Assembly: GCF_006345805.1 (NCBI RefSeq)
Contig: NC_043019.1
Coordinates: 21,265,360-21,329,359 of the forward strand
Origin: Octopus sinensis
Lineage: Eukaryota
Length of the DNA: 64,000 nt
Reading direction: 5' to 3'
Positions 35,954-49,881 of this stretch are shown one piece after another. The notes under the pieces were generated by a model. That model worked only from the letters and a program-made list of their open reading frames with translations, ran no database searches and had not been told where the DNA came from. Made by a program: the position numbers and the translations under genes. The first letter of the stretch is position 1. Every line of letters starts with the position of its first letter.

Positions 35954-37122
35954 TGTTTCTTTATTAGCCACACAGGGCTGCACACAGACGGGACATATTA
36001 CAAGGTAGAGCTTTTCTTTTGGGGATAAAAAAGAGGGGTTGGTTTTCGATCAAAAGAGATCGTAAAAGGAAAGAAAGAGGAAAGCAACAGAAAAAAGGGG
36101 GGGGGATAAAAATAAAAGGAAAATAGATAGCTAGAAAGAGAGAGAGATAGAGAGAGCTTCACCAACAGAAAGTTAGCAGTCATTTTCAGCTGAGTAGACT
36201 GGAGTAATATGATATTGAGTGTTTTGCTTAACCCTTTACCATTCAGATAACTCTAAACATAATACATGTTTATTCCCATTGTTTTGAATTAATCTGGCAT
36301 TATCATGTTGCTTCAAGATTAATAGAATGTGATTGTTAATTCTTAGAATTGCATTGTAAGGCAGGTGTGAGAGGCTGGATCTGGCCTGTTTGAATATAAA
36401 ACTAGTAGAATATTTGGGCCAAACATGGCCAGTCTAAATGCTGAAGACTTAAGGTTGCAATGTACTGCTTGGTCCAGGAATTGAACTCATGACATTATGA
36501 TTGTGAGTTGAACATGTTACCCACTGAATCATGTGTTTTCATATTTAAAATGAAACAGTTTTAAAATAAGAACCAACCAGAAGCAGATAAGGCAATTTGG
36601 TATCCAAAGGGTTGAGTTCTTTGCTGATATAAGTCTAGAATAAAATGAGATTCATGAAAGAGAAAATGAGAGCAAATAAGAATGGAAGAAGAAAAGAGGA
36701 GGAAGAATTTTTGATAAATAAATAATTAAAAAAATAAGATAAAAAGAAAACAATAAATCAAAGATACAAACAATATTATTTTAATATTTCATTATTACAA
36801 ATAGTATTTATTACTTTAAAACATTAACCTGGCCCTTCAGTCAACATTTATCTTGAATAGAGAAGATAAAAACAAAAACAACAGCAAAACGAAGACAAGA
36901 GGGGGAAAAAAAAAGCAAAACAAAAAAAATTAAACAATGCGAACAAAAATAAACAATATTTTTTTTTTTATTGCCTAGTGTATACATAAAAAAAAAAAAA
37001 TGTGAATAACTGAGTTGTCACATTATTCACTCATTAAGATGTATTCAGTGAAAAATTAATTTTGAAAAATGTGCAAGTGTGTGTTTGCTAATAAAGTATT
37101 CTATATACATGTTTCTATATGC

Positions 37123-37155
<33 letters not shown>

Positions 37156-37787
37156 CATACACACATACACATACATATATAAGCATATATATGCATATAT
37201 CTATATGTATATATATATATATACACATATATATAAATGTGTGCATGTGCAAAAATATTGCTTCCATTGAATTCGAAATTCACTTTTGACCAGCAGACAA
37301 TTGGAAAAAAATATGGCCAATAGCATTTTGTGTTGCATTCATTTCTTTTTTATATATATATATATTCTTTTATTAAATTTATTTCATTTTTATAGTCATT
37401 GTTTTCCTTTGTTTATTTTCATTATTTATCAATTACAAAAAAAAAATTATCCCTTGGAGCACTGAATACTTCCTGAATAATGCTTTTTAGCCAAAACATT
37501 AGGTTTTTGGGATAAAATCCTTGGAAAATGGTGGCCCTGAAAATTGACCCCTCTAGTTTCAAGATTCAGCCACAGAGCACATTGGTGGTCTCAAAATCAG
37601 CTGCATGTGTCCAAAGGATTAAATATGGCTTTTGGTGCTGTTTTACCTAATTCTATCTGCTATTAAAAAATGAAAAACAATCTCTAATCATTACAAGACT
37701 TAATGGCCGTAAATGAACTGGGATCTAAAAGATATTTTTTTGATCAGAGGTAGTAGCAGCTGCATATATATATATATATATATATAT

Positions 37788-37975
37788 GTAGGTCCTGGGT
37801 TGAGTCGGGGTTAACCACAGTAAATAAGGTCCTCAATACATAGCAGAGTAAAGTAGTTTATTTTATAGAAGGAGCTTCTACAGGACTAGATGAAATCTTC
37901 AGGAATCTTCAGGAGCTTCCTGAAGATTTCATCTGAATGAAACAGTTCTAGTCCTGTAGAAGCTCCTTCTATAAA

Positions 37976-38012
<37 letters not shown>

Positions 38013-38203
38013 ACTTATAAACAAGGGCAAAAGAAAAAATTTCTAATGGCAAATATGCCGAAATAGACTTGGAATTTTTTAGAAATTTCTGTCGGTTTTC
38101 TTCGAAATATGTGCTTATAGTGATAAATTATATGGTTATTGACGGTTAAGTCTATTTCTGCATATTTGGCATTAGAAATTTTTTCTTTTGCTCTTGTTTA
38201 TAA
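37788..38203. repeat. Two (TA)n-flanked fold-back elements (37860-37977 and 38015-38203)
   Basis: 31-bp and 17-bp perfect nested stems; a 56-bp stem with 3 mismatches. Confidence 0.85.
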
Positions 38204-38280
38204 ATTTAAACTATAAAGGTATTTTTTAATATGCTGGCCATTGATAAAATTTTTTTTTCGAAAAAATTTTATCCTATATT

Positions 38281-38324
<44 letters not shown>

Positions 38325-38977
38325 ATATATGTAAAGTAACAACTAGCAATGTGGATTTCTTCAGTCCCAGTTTGAATAATAAAACCGTTTCCTCTCTCTT
38401 CTCCTTTTCTCTTACAGTCATTCAAATCCATGTATTTTATCTTAACTTTTTTGATACCAAACTGCCTGAAACTGACCCTGGTCCCATGATACAAAGTTCC
38501 TGTTTTTAAGGTGATCTAAAATTAAGATCCTCTTTCAGAAAAATTTTAGTTAATTTTATGTTTTAAACTCTAGTTTAATAATGACAAAGCCGTTTTTCTA
38601 AATTCTTTGTTATTTTCAAAATTAATTGAGACAAAAGCAGAGTATTTCAACAGAAATATGGTAATAATAAATAGAAAACTATTTTCTTTCTGCCAAATAT
38701 TCAGCTATCCTATGTCATTCTCCATTGGCACTGACCACTATACCCCACCTCATTCACAATCTTTCCTCTCACTTAAAATATAAGGCAATTTCTAAGAAAA
38801 TCCCTTTGTGCCCATTCTTTTTCTTTTCCCTACCTGTCCTCACCATCTCCATATCAACTTACAGATGTTTTTGCAAGTCGTACATCAGCTATACCCATCT
38901 CACCAGTCTTGCAAAGGCCTATGAAGGCCACGGCAGGCAGCCACCAACTCCTTTTCTTTCTAAATAAAATCCTAAGC

Positions 38978-39745
38978 CAAGGCTGGCCAACCTGAGGCCC
39001 ACAGACTGAAGACTTTTATCTTGCAGCCTACTTGATACTTTCTTGAAATGGGTTTATTTAAACAAACATTTAAAAAATTTTATCAAAATTTAACCCTTTA
39101 GCATTCAGATTATTCTGTCAAATATAATATTTATTCATCCATATTGTTTTAAGCTAATCATGCATTATTTCGTAGCTTTAAGATTTCCATGATGTTATCA
39201 CCTGTTTTTAGATTGACATTATAGGTTGGTGTAAGATACCAAATCTGGGCAGTTTTAACAGAAAACAGGTAGATTATTTGGGCCGGATATGGCCGGTTTA
39301 AACACTAAAGGGTTAAAGATTGTAATGAAAAGTAAAAAAAGAAAGATACTACTGCTTTTGCAACGATAATATTTCATGTTGAATCAACAATCATGCATTC
39401 ATTATTGTAATAATAGCATAAGAAGCAAAATGCTTTCAATTCTGTCAGTATACAAGTGGCCCTCAAAAACCTTTGTGTGATTTAACCCTTTCATTACTGT
39501 ATTTATTTTGAGATGCTCTGTGTTTCTTTCAATTACTTTAAATATAACAAAGAATTTAATAAAATAACTTAGTTATCATTCAACTAGTGTTAGGAAAATA
39601 TATTGTGACTAAGGTTTGGTGGAAGATTTTAATTCAAAACTTATAAAAACAAGACATTTAGTACTCAGAGCCAGAGCCGGTTTCAGCCGGGTTGGTAACG
39701 AAAGAGTTAAGTGGCCTGCAATGTAATTTGAGTTGGCTAGGCCTG
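38978..39745. mobile_element. hAT-like MITE containing two nested piggyBac-like MITEs
   Basis: Degenerate TIRs CAAGGCTGGCCAAC / GTTGGCTAGGCCTG; 8-bp flanks TCCTAAGC vs TCCAAAAC (6/8). Confidence 0.55.
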
Positions 39746-40299
39746 TCCAAAACCTTTTTGATACCAACTCCCCTAATGCTACCCACTGGTTCTATTATAC
39801 AAATTTCTTGTTTCAAACTGATCTAAATAAACTTCCCATCATATTAGTCTACATTTCAAACAGCTTAATAATAGTACCAATGATAAAGTTATTTTACTAA
39901 ATTCTTTATTTTCAAAATTAATTGAAGCAAATGTAAATTTCAATAGAAATGTGGTAACAAAAGGGTTAAACCATTTAATCCTACCTAATCTCACTGAAAA
40001 CATTAAGTATGCATCTTATATGGTTGCTTAATTTGAAGACAATCTCTCAAGAGGAATGAGGTCTTTTTTGTAAAGTAAAAGCTGTAACTATTTTGTACTT
40101 GAGCGATAGATATAAAAAAAACAAAACCAAAAGCCCATGAAATAAAGGGGAAAATTCAATTACATTGACCCTGAAAGATGACAGGCAAAGTTGACTTCTG
40201 TGGGATTTGAACTCAGAAAGTAAAGAGATGGAAGAAATACTGCTAAACATTTTGTGCCATATTCTAATAATTCTACCATCTTGCAGTCTTAAAAATAAT

Positions 40300-40461
40300 C
40301 GGAGGGACAAGCAAGAGTGCTTAATAATTTATGTGGTAGCGCCAGGAGATTGACATATTGTCATGAAAAAAGAGAAAAGTTTGATGATTGAGATCACGAA
40401 GATGTGGTAGCTGCAAGACTCAAGCATAAAGGTTGTTCTTGTTGTCATCAGAGCATTGGGT
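40300..40461 (+). mobile_element. Degraded restriction-like endonuclease (R2/R4/NeSL/Hero-type) LINE C-terminus
   Basis: ECLIIYVVAPGD*HIVMKKEK...EITKMW...KVVLVVIRALG matches the CxIIDVxVPxD...KExEK...EI..MW...VVPVVIGALG pattern. Confidence 0.65.
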
Positions 40462-42760
40462 TATCACCCAACCTGAAGAAACATCTGGCCACTTGTACTT
40501 ATTTTATTGACCCTGAGAGAATGAAAGGTAAAGTTGATCCCGGTGGAATTTGAACTCAGAACAGAAAGATGAATGAAATACTGCTAAGCATTTTGCTTGG
40601 TGTGCTAACAATTCTGATTGCCACTAGGACAGAAATTGGTTTTGTGGAGTGAGTGATTATATCAACTGCAGTAGTTGATTGATACATAATTTGATCGACC
40701 CCTGAAGGAAGAAAGGCAAAGCTAACTGCATGGGATTTGAACTCAGAATTTAAAAAAGCAGAACAAATATCAGATTTTCTCTGACACTCTAACAATTCTG
40801 GTAATTCACTGCACACATAACTGTTTCTACAACAGATACAAGACCTGAAATTTTAAAAAGGGAATTAGTTAATTAAATTGGTCCCAGTATTTGACAACAT
40901 TATGTGGAAAAGAAGTGTAAGAATAATGGCCATCTCAATCTGGTGGAGGAAGCTTTATTCTCAATGTGCTGAACAGCAGAGGAAGACCTAAAGCTAAACT
41001 ATTTGACTGGTACTGTATCTTATCAACCCAGAAGGAAGAAAGACGCTGGCTTCAGTGGGATTTGAACTCAGAATCTAAAGAGACAGAACAAAAACTATCA
41101 AGCATTATTCTGGAAATCTAATGATGCTGCCAATCCCCTGCACATACAATTATTTTTAAAACAGGTGCAAGGTCTAAAATTTGGGGAGAAGGGTTTGAGA
41201 TTTATATTGACCATGGAAGGCAAAGTTGACCTCTACAGTATTTGAACAGAACAAATATCAGAAACATTTTCCCCAAAATTGTAATAATTCTGCCATTCCA
41301 TCAGCCTCGTAATTATTTTTAAAATAATCATGTTGACCTTAGTTGGATTTAGATTTTTAAAAGTAAAATAGAAAATGGAATGAAACAACTAGGAGCAGCT
41401 GTTTGGGTGCTGATGGTTTGGCATGGCTGACTGGACATTCAACCTATTTTGGTGACAGCACTTATTACTACTGGAGGCAAGCACACACACACACACACAC
41501 ATGCAAGTGTAACTGGGTGGTAAGAAGCTTGCCTCGCAACCACTTGGTTCTGGGTTCAGTCCCACTGTGTGGTGTCTTCGGCAAGTGTTTTCTAAAATAA
41601 GCCTTGGGCCAACCAAAGCCTGTTGTGTATATGTGTGTTTTTGTATGTGTTTGTCTCCCACCCTCACCAATTGACAACTGGTGTTGGAGTGTTTATGTCC
41701 TTGTAACTTAGTGGTTCAGCAAAAGAAACCAATACAATAAGTACTAGGCTTAGAACATAGGTCTTGGTATTGATTTGACTAAAACCTTTCAAGGCAGTTC
41801 CTCAGCATGACTGTGTGTGTGTGAGAGAGAGAGAGAGAAATTAAACATATCTGATGTCAAATAATTCAGTGTTAAATCAGTGACGTCAAAATGGCTGGCA
41901 AAACATATACTCAGTGGAACAAATGTTGGTTTCAAATTTTGGCCCAAAGTCAGCAAGTTGAAGGGAAGGGGTAAGTTGATTACATTGACCCCAGCGCTCA
42001 ACTGGTACTTATTTTATTGACCCAAAAGGATGAAAGGCAAAGTCAACCCCTGGAAGTATTTGAACTCAGAATGTAAAGATATGAAATGTTGCTAAGTGTT
42101 CTACCTGGCATGCTAATGATTCTGCCAGCTCACCACCTTACAGTGGAACAAATATTGTAAAGTATTTTGCCTGAGGTGCTAATGACATGCTACCAATAAT
42201 TACATATTAATTACTGATCAAAAAAAAAATAAAAATGAAATCAAGATGAAGTCTCTGGAAAGAAAAGCCAAATATAAATTCAATATTTATATTTATTCCA
42301 TAATATCATTGTATATTTGGAAATAATACAACAATACACGAACATGCACATATATCATTTCATATTCTGTGACTTTTTATCTTAGCCATATATTTATATA
42401 TGTGTGTGTGTATTTGTGTATATATATATACATATACTACAAGTGAAAGGTAACATCATTTAAAATATGTTAACAACACAAATATTCTCTGATCTATGTG
42501 AACCATATCAATGAATTGATTTGTTTTGTCATGATTTTGTTGTTATATACTTTTTAAAAATATTAATTCTAGATTATGGAAAAATTTGTTGATAATATAT
42601 TTCATTAAATTTTAAAATTTAATCTTTAAAATATTACTCTTTTTTTTTTCATCCAATCTATTTATTTTTCTCTCAAAGTCAATATATTACTATGGACCCT
42701 GATTCTCATGAAAGAGCTTTATCTTGACAAAATATTTTAGTTACACGCACACATACGTAT

Positions 42761-42807
<47 letters not shown>

Positions 42808-43526
42808 TATATATATAAATATATATAAAAAAGGAAATGAAGAAAATGCTGACAAAATAATTTAAGTAATTTAAGTAATTTAATTAGGTGAAAGTTCTTT
42901 TTACCGGTAGCGCATTTGTTATGCTTATCAAAAGATATTTTTTTAAGAGAGATAGAGTTCCTTTCTGATAGATTTTTTCCTCTTATATATATATATAAAT
43001 ATATATAGGCACACAGGCACATTATTAAAAGATCCTGTCATCAAACAACTTTTCAGTGGTGCTATGAAGAGAATCAGTTATATATGTGTGTGGTGTGGAG
43101 AGAGAAAGAGAGAAGAGAGAAAATCTGAAAGAAACTTTAGAATACTGAAGTTCAAATAGTAAAAATATTTTGAGAGTATGTGTGCATGTATGTGTGTGTG
43201 TGTATACATATATATACAAACACACACGCACACATATAACTAAAAAAAAAAAAAATGCTAGCAACACACCAATCCAGGAATAGCTTGGCCCATATAGTTA
43301 TATTGGTCAGTAGTTCATATATCCAAAAAAAAAGAAGCAGAAGTGTATCATTGTGGAAGTTTTTTGTTTACAAAATTAACTGACCATGATGTTTGCCTCC
43401 CTCCAATTGTAGAGAGGTTTTGTGCCTCTGGCCATTTGAGTCTGGTGAGTCACCTATACAACTAAGTACTTTATAGGTGTGAAACCAAAGGTCATTCTCT
43501 GACCAGTCATAACAAACAACCTTCTA

Positions 43527-43564
<38 letters not shown>

Positions 43565-44908
43565 ATGCCATACACACATAGATTATGTATGTATATATAT
43601 CTATATATTACACACATACATACATACATATACACATATTTATACACACACGCAATTGATCAGTACTATGCTTTTGTGTCTTGAAAATATAATGCTGAAA
43701 GTTAAAAATCTGCAGTGAAAGATAATGAACTGTGATTTGTTTCAATGGTGTTTGAATTGTCTTTTGAAAATTAAAATTTATATATGTATATACATATATA
43801 TATATATATATTATATATATATATATATATTATATATATATATATATATGCATATTATATAGTCATAGTGTAGATTGATGTGTTAAAAGATTAAATCTGT
43901 GCATATATATACATATATATATATATATTATATATATATATATATTTCTATGCTGAAAGTTGGTGAGTTCACATTTAGTACACAAATAGCCCAAAATAAA
44001 TAAATATATATATATACATATACACGCACACATGTATTCATATATATATATACACACACACATGTATGCACTGATATTGAAAACTATTTTCTTTTCTTTC
44101 AATATATATATATAATTGCTTTCATTTCTTTGTTTTTTTTTCAATTATTTTTCTTCATTTTGAAAAAGTAGTAAAAAAAGTCAATAATTCAAAAAAAAAA
44201 AGAGGGGTAGGCCAACAAAGGGGAAAACACCAGGAGAAGGGAAAAAAAGTTTGTTTTCAATTGTGGAACTAATTTTAAAATCAATCTAGAGAATGTAAAA
44301 ATTCAAACTTTCATGATCATACACACCTATATATATCTACACACCCACACACAAACGTATGTAGATGTGTGTGTATATATATGTATATATATGTGTGTGT
44401 GTGTGTAGAAAGGGAGAGAGACACACATATACATGCATACATTTATATATATATATATATGCACAATACTCTCAACACTTGGGTCACTTTGTAATCTATA
44501 TACATATGTACACACAGTCATATATATATATATATACGCACACACACACCTAAAACAATAAAATAAATTTGTAAAAGAAAAAATAGTTTTGTTTTTTTGG
44601 TAGCATACACTTTTAAATTTCCATAGCATCCAACAAGAAAACAAGCCCGTACCCACTCTACAATAGTTTATTGCAATTAATAATAATAATAATAAGTTTT
44701 TCATTTAGGCACAAGGCCAGCAATTTTGAGGGAAGGGGGAATAATCAATACCATCGTCCAGTACTTCACTGGTATTTTATTTTATTGACTCCGAAAGGAT
44801 GAAAGTGAAGTTGACCTCAGTGGGATCTGAGCACAGAAATACAGTTTCAGAAGAAATATTGCAAAGCATTTTTCCCCAAGACTTTAGTTATTCTGCCAGC
44901 TCACCACC

Positions 44909-45000
<92 letters not shown>
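44909..45000. repeat. (AAT)~30 microsatellite
   Basis: Direct reading. Confidence 0.95.
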
Positions 45001-45002
<2 letters not shown>

Positions 45003-46344
45003 CTGATGTGTAACAAGGTAAAAATGCTGGTTTGTGGACGGCAAGCATATTGCAAGTGAGGAGTGCAGAGACTTTTATTAAAGATTTACAAGTGAAAATA
45101 AAAAAAAATAATAATAAAAAATATGGCATGTTCTTTCAAACATTTGAAAAAATATGGAAGATGTATATTATGAAGTTTTATTGTGAATAACATATATATA
45201 TATATGTATATATATATATCGTAGAAGGAATTATAATCCAAGCTGTATCCTCATGAAGTACATGTGTGTGTTCCAGCTATCATTTTCATGTCTGAAAATT
45301 TACACATGGGAGATGATCGAAATGTCTGTATGAATTTAGTATATTTATATTATTCTTAAAATTAGTATTTATATTCATAATATGTATTTCCCATGTTGTA
45401 ATGAAATGTGTAACAGCATTAAAATGATACCACACATTCCATTGCACAAAAGTGTAGGCATAGCTGTGTGGTTAAGAAGTTTGCTTCACAAACATACAAC
45501 CAAGTTGTTCCAGGTTCTACCCTACTGTGTTGCACATTAAGTAAGCGTTGATCAATACTCTTTTGAGTGGAACTTGGCAGACAGAAGCTGTGCATAAGAC
45601 CCTCCAATCTCTCTATCAAATATATACATATCCATATGCATACATACACACATATATATATAATATGGTTTCTATCAAATATATACATATCCATATGCAT
45701 ACATACATATACATACATACACAGATATATATATATAATATAGTTTCTATCAAATATATACATATCCATATGCATACATACATATACATACATACACACA
45801 TATATATATAATATGGTTTCTATCAAATATATACGTATTCACATATATATCAACTGATTACACTGATCCTCTCTTTTAATGTGTGAGTAGTCATGTAGCT
45901 CCTATACCACAACAAACCTGTTCTGCTCCAGTCCTTTCTCTCATACTTAACTCTTAGCATAAAGCTGCCTTCTTGGGGTTCATAGCCTTGCAAGTAGCTT
46001 GGTTACCCCACTGGTGCTGGTGGCATGAAACAAAGTACTCAAAGTACATGTTATAAAGTAGTTGGTGCCAAGAAGGGCATTCAGCTGAAGAAACCATGCC
46101 AAAGCAGACATTGGTGCACCATGTAGTCCTTGGGCCTGTTAGATTCTAGTCTAACCCATGATGATATGAAAACATGAATGTTAAATGATGAAGTTGATGA
46201 TGATAAAATATATAAGAAATTTTTTCTAAACTGATGTATATTGGAAGAAATTGAAGTATATTTTATAACCTGATGTTCTTCTGACTGCCAACCTTTGTTT
46301 TCAATTAAGATATATCCATGCATCTGTTTATCTAACCACTTGTC

Positions 46345-46500
46345 TATCTATCCCTCCATCCACCCATCTGTCTGTCAATCCATCCACCCATCTGTCTGTC
46401 AATCCATCCACCCATCTGTCTGTCAATCCATCCACCCATCTGTCTGTCAATCCATCCACCCATCTGTCTGTCAATCCATCCATCCATCTAACCATCCCTC
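46345..46500. repeat. 24-bp minisatellite (CCATCTGTCTGTCAATCCATCCAC)n
   Basis: About 4-5 near-perfect units. Confidence 0.9.
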
Positions 46501-47344
46501 AATCTATTTGTCTATCTCTCTTGCTCCCTCTATATATTCATCTATCCATTCAGTTATCTATCTATCTACCTATTTATATACATTTACATAATTACAAAAT
46601 CGAATTAAAGAAAAAAAATAAGTACAAATGTTTATCTACAACAAACAAATAGAGTAAAAGTGGTGGTGAAATGTTATTAAGTCATGTGCTATACACTTCC
46701 TCTTCATACTGTGTAGCGATTGGTGTTGCACAGTTATAGGAGTAGACATTGTTCTGGACAACCAGTTTCTCATTTCTGCAGAGGTTTATAAAGTAAGTAA
46801 ATATTACTCTATATTACTATAATAAATACTGGTCCTTGGTCCCACATATGTGAAAGATACTTCAATGAGAAAATGTGTAGAGAAAAGGACATATCTGTGT
46901 CTACTTTGAGATGTGATAAGTGCACAGGAATTGTGGAAACATGTTTGAAGTGACATACACACACACAATTATATATATACATCTACACACATATATTTAT
47001 TGATACATTCACATATATATAAATATAAAATCAAATTGACCCCATTATGTATTTTAAACCTGGTGCTTATTTTATTGTACTCTTTTTGCCAAACTGCTAA
47101 GTCATGGAATATATAACAACACTATGTGTCAAGCAATGACAGACACACACACACACATGACTGATACAACGGACTTCTACAGTTTTTGTCAGCTGAACTC
47201 ATTTACAGGGCATTGGTTGTCCCAGGGATCTAGGAGGAAATACTAGCCCAGGGCACTATACAATTGGAACTGATATTGAAGCCATCTGCTTGCAAAGCAA
47301 ACTTCTTAACCACATCCATCCAGCCATCCTTTTTCTCCACTCAT

Positions 47345-47580
47345 TATTTCTGGAAGCATTGCAGGAGTAGAGTCCTCAGGTATATCCTTCATAGGGTCCT
47401 ATCAGAAGTAACCATCATTACACTTTCTGGCTGGATTCCCAAGCATGAACAACTGAGACTGTGGATATTATCCCAACCATCTTATTCTTGGTTTAACCCT
47501 AGGTCTCCTGCCAGTTGGCTCAGCTTAAAGAATCTGTCTTGCAATTGCTTCCAGTGACATTCTAATCACGTCTGTAGTAC
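47345..47580 (-). mobile_element. Degraded LINE ORF C-terminus
   Basis: IL*AEPTGRRPRVKPRIRW...LGIQPE...VTSDR..*R..LRTLLLQ across frameshifts. Confidence 0.5.
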
Positions 47581-48032
47581 TGGAGCTGTATTCTCTTAAC
47601 ATACATACACACACACATGAGGGCATATGGCCTAGTGGTTAGGTGCTGTATTCTTGATTACAAGATTATGGTTTCAATTTCCAGGCTATATAGTATGTTG
47701 TGCTTGAGCAAAACACTACATTCCATGTTGCTCTGTGATCACTTTGACATGTGGTGTTATGGCACAGTGTGCCCCTGTACAAGCAATGTTGATGTGAGGA
47801 AGAGAGTCAGTTCATGTACAGCATAAACATTTAATCACTAAAAACAAATCATCTGTGCAGAAATTGTGGAATTGTTGTTCTTGAAGTTGTGAACTACCAA
47901 GAAGAACACACATACATACACAAGGTGGCATAATTGAAGATTCAAAATAATTGGAAGCCTATATATATATATAAAATATAAAATTCATTTATACTTTTTG
48001 AGATCTACTTATAAGTTATATATTTAAAAAAA

Positions 48033-48071
<39 letters not shown>

Positions 48072-49611
48072 TTATTTATGTATTGGTTTATGTCTATCAC
48101 TGTTTGAATTGCATAATAGTGGTTTTATCTCTAATTTATATTTTATATATTTATGCTGTGAAATTTGATTTATACTAAATTGAATTTTTCCCTGTAAGTT
48201 TGGAGTTATACTCCCTAATATATATATATATATCTGTATTGAGGCAGTATTAATACTGAGAGGTAATATTTATCCCCGCTTAAACATAGATGTTGTGTTA
48301 GAATAATCTATACTGCGGTAGATGCCATGAGAGGAACTCTCATATTGGCTTTTGGTGCAAAATGCATTCTTGTTTATATCACTGGTGGGGTGATAAATCC
48401 CCTGCCATCTTCCCCCCTCACTGAGACCACCATATCCCATGATTTTGACTTTCCTTGGTTTTGTCAATAATGGATGCTCAACTGCTAGAGAGAACACTGA
48501 CTCATCTCCCTGCCAGCAATACAGAAAATAACTGTGCCAGAACAGGTGCTGGTGCTTCGATTAACCAGTGAGCTTGTTAAAAGATATATATTAGCAACAG
48601 AGGAAGTATTAATACAATAAAGAGTAAGTATGTAGCTGGCACACGTTTCCACCCTTCTCTAATATTGTTGTTGCTGAATGTAGGGAAGGCTTTGCTGGTC
48701 ACTGTTATCATACTGAATACCAAGCCATGTCAGATTTTATATTTTGGAGATTTCAACACTGTAATGTTGGACGAACATCGTGGAAACCATATTGGTGTTA
48801 ATGGTAGAGACACAAGGCATGAAATCGAGAATTTACCAAAGGTAATGGGTGTGATGAAGCATGTCTCATTTTTGGCCATTTAACCCTTTCGTTACCGTAT
48901 TTATTTTGAGATGCTCTGTGTTTCTTTCAATTATTCTAAATATAACAAAGAATTAAGTAAAATAACTTAGTTACCATTAAGCTAGTGTTAGGAACATAAA
49001 TTGGGACTAAGGTTTGGTGGAAGATTTTAATTCAAAACTTATGGAAACAAGGCATTTGTACTATGGAGCCAGAGCCAGTTTCAGCCGGGTTGGTAACAAA
49101 AGGGTTAAAGAAGTACCAGCAGCTATTGAGACTTCTGTACAGTGAATAATAAGAGGTAGAGTTACTAACGAATTTATAACTGTTTATGTCAATATGGCTG
49201 AATATTCCTGGCTTAGTCACAATGATGATGATGATGCAATGGCTATTGACAAGCCTGGAATTGTTAACACACTACTTGAATATGATAACAAGAATAAGAT
49301 GTGTAACTTTGATAAGAATGTCCAAAACATAGTTGACATGCACTAACTGTACAACATGCGTAGACTGACAGAATTTAATTGCATTGAGGCACAACAGTGC
49401 ATGCTGTACTTTCAGTGAATATGTTTCTAGTTCTGGACCAGCTGGAAATAAATTGTATTCAGTCATAATGAAAGGAGAATATGCAAAAAAATGGAGGAAC
49501 TAACTGATACATAACAACAGCTTGGCACATACAGACAGACACATGCATGTATATATGTAGGCATATGAAGTGTTTATATATATATATATAATATACATAT
49601 ATAACATATAC

Positions 49612-49881
49612 TATCTGAAATGTATAGTATTAAATACCCATCATGGCTGGTATTGCATAAAGAATACATTGGTGTGTTAGGTAACAGCTGATTATATAAT
49701 TTTACACTCATCAGAGTTAGCTGATATGGAAGGGAATATGGTGTCCCTTTTATATTGGCTAACTTTGATGAGCGTAGAGTTATATAATCGGTTTGTTACC
49801 TAACACTCCATTGTATTCCTTATGCGAAACTGATTGGTAAGACCAACCTTGATAGATATTTAATACTATACATTTCGGATA
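49612..49881. repeat. ~270-bp imperfect fold-back
   Basis: Outer 27-bp stem 25/27; inner ~73-bp stem roughly 83% complementary. Confidence 0.85.

Noticed and set aside
48660-48790. ECREGFAGHCY EGF-like peptide on the + strand
   Set aside because: Cys spacing is incomplete, there are no supporting splice sites, and stops flank it closely.
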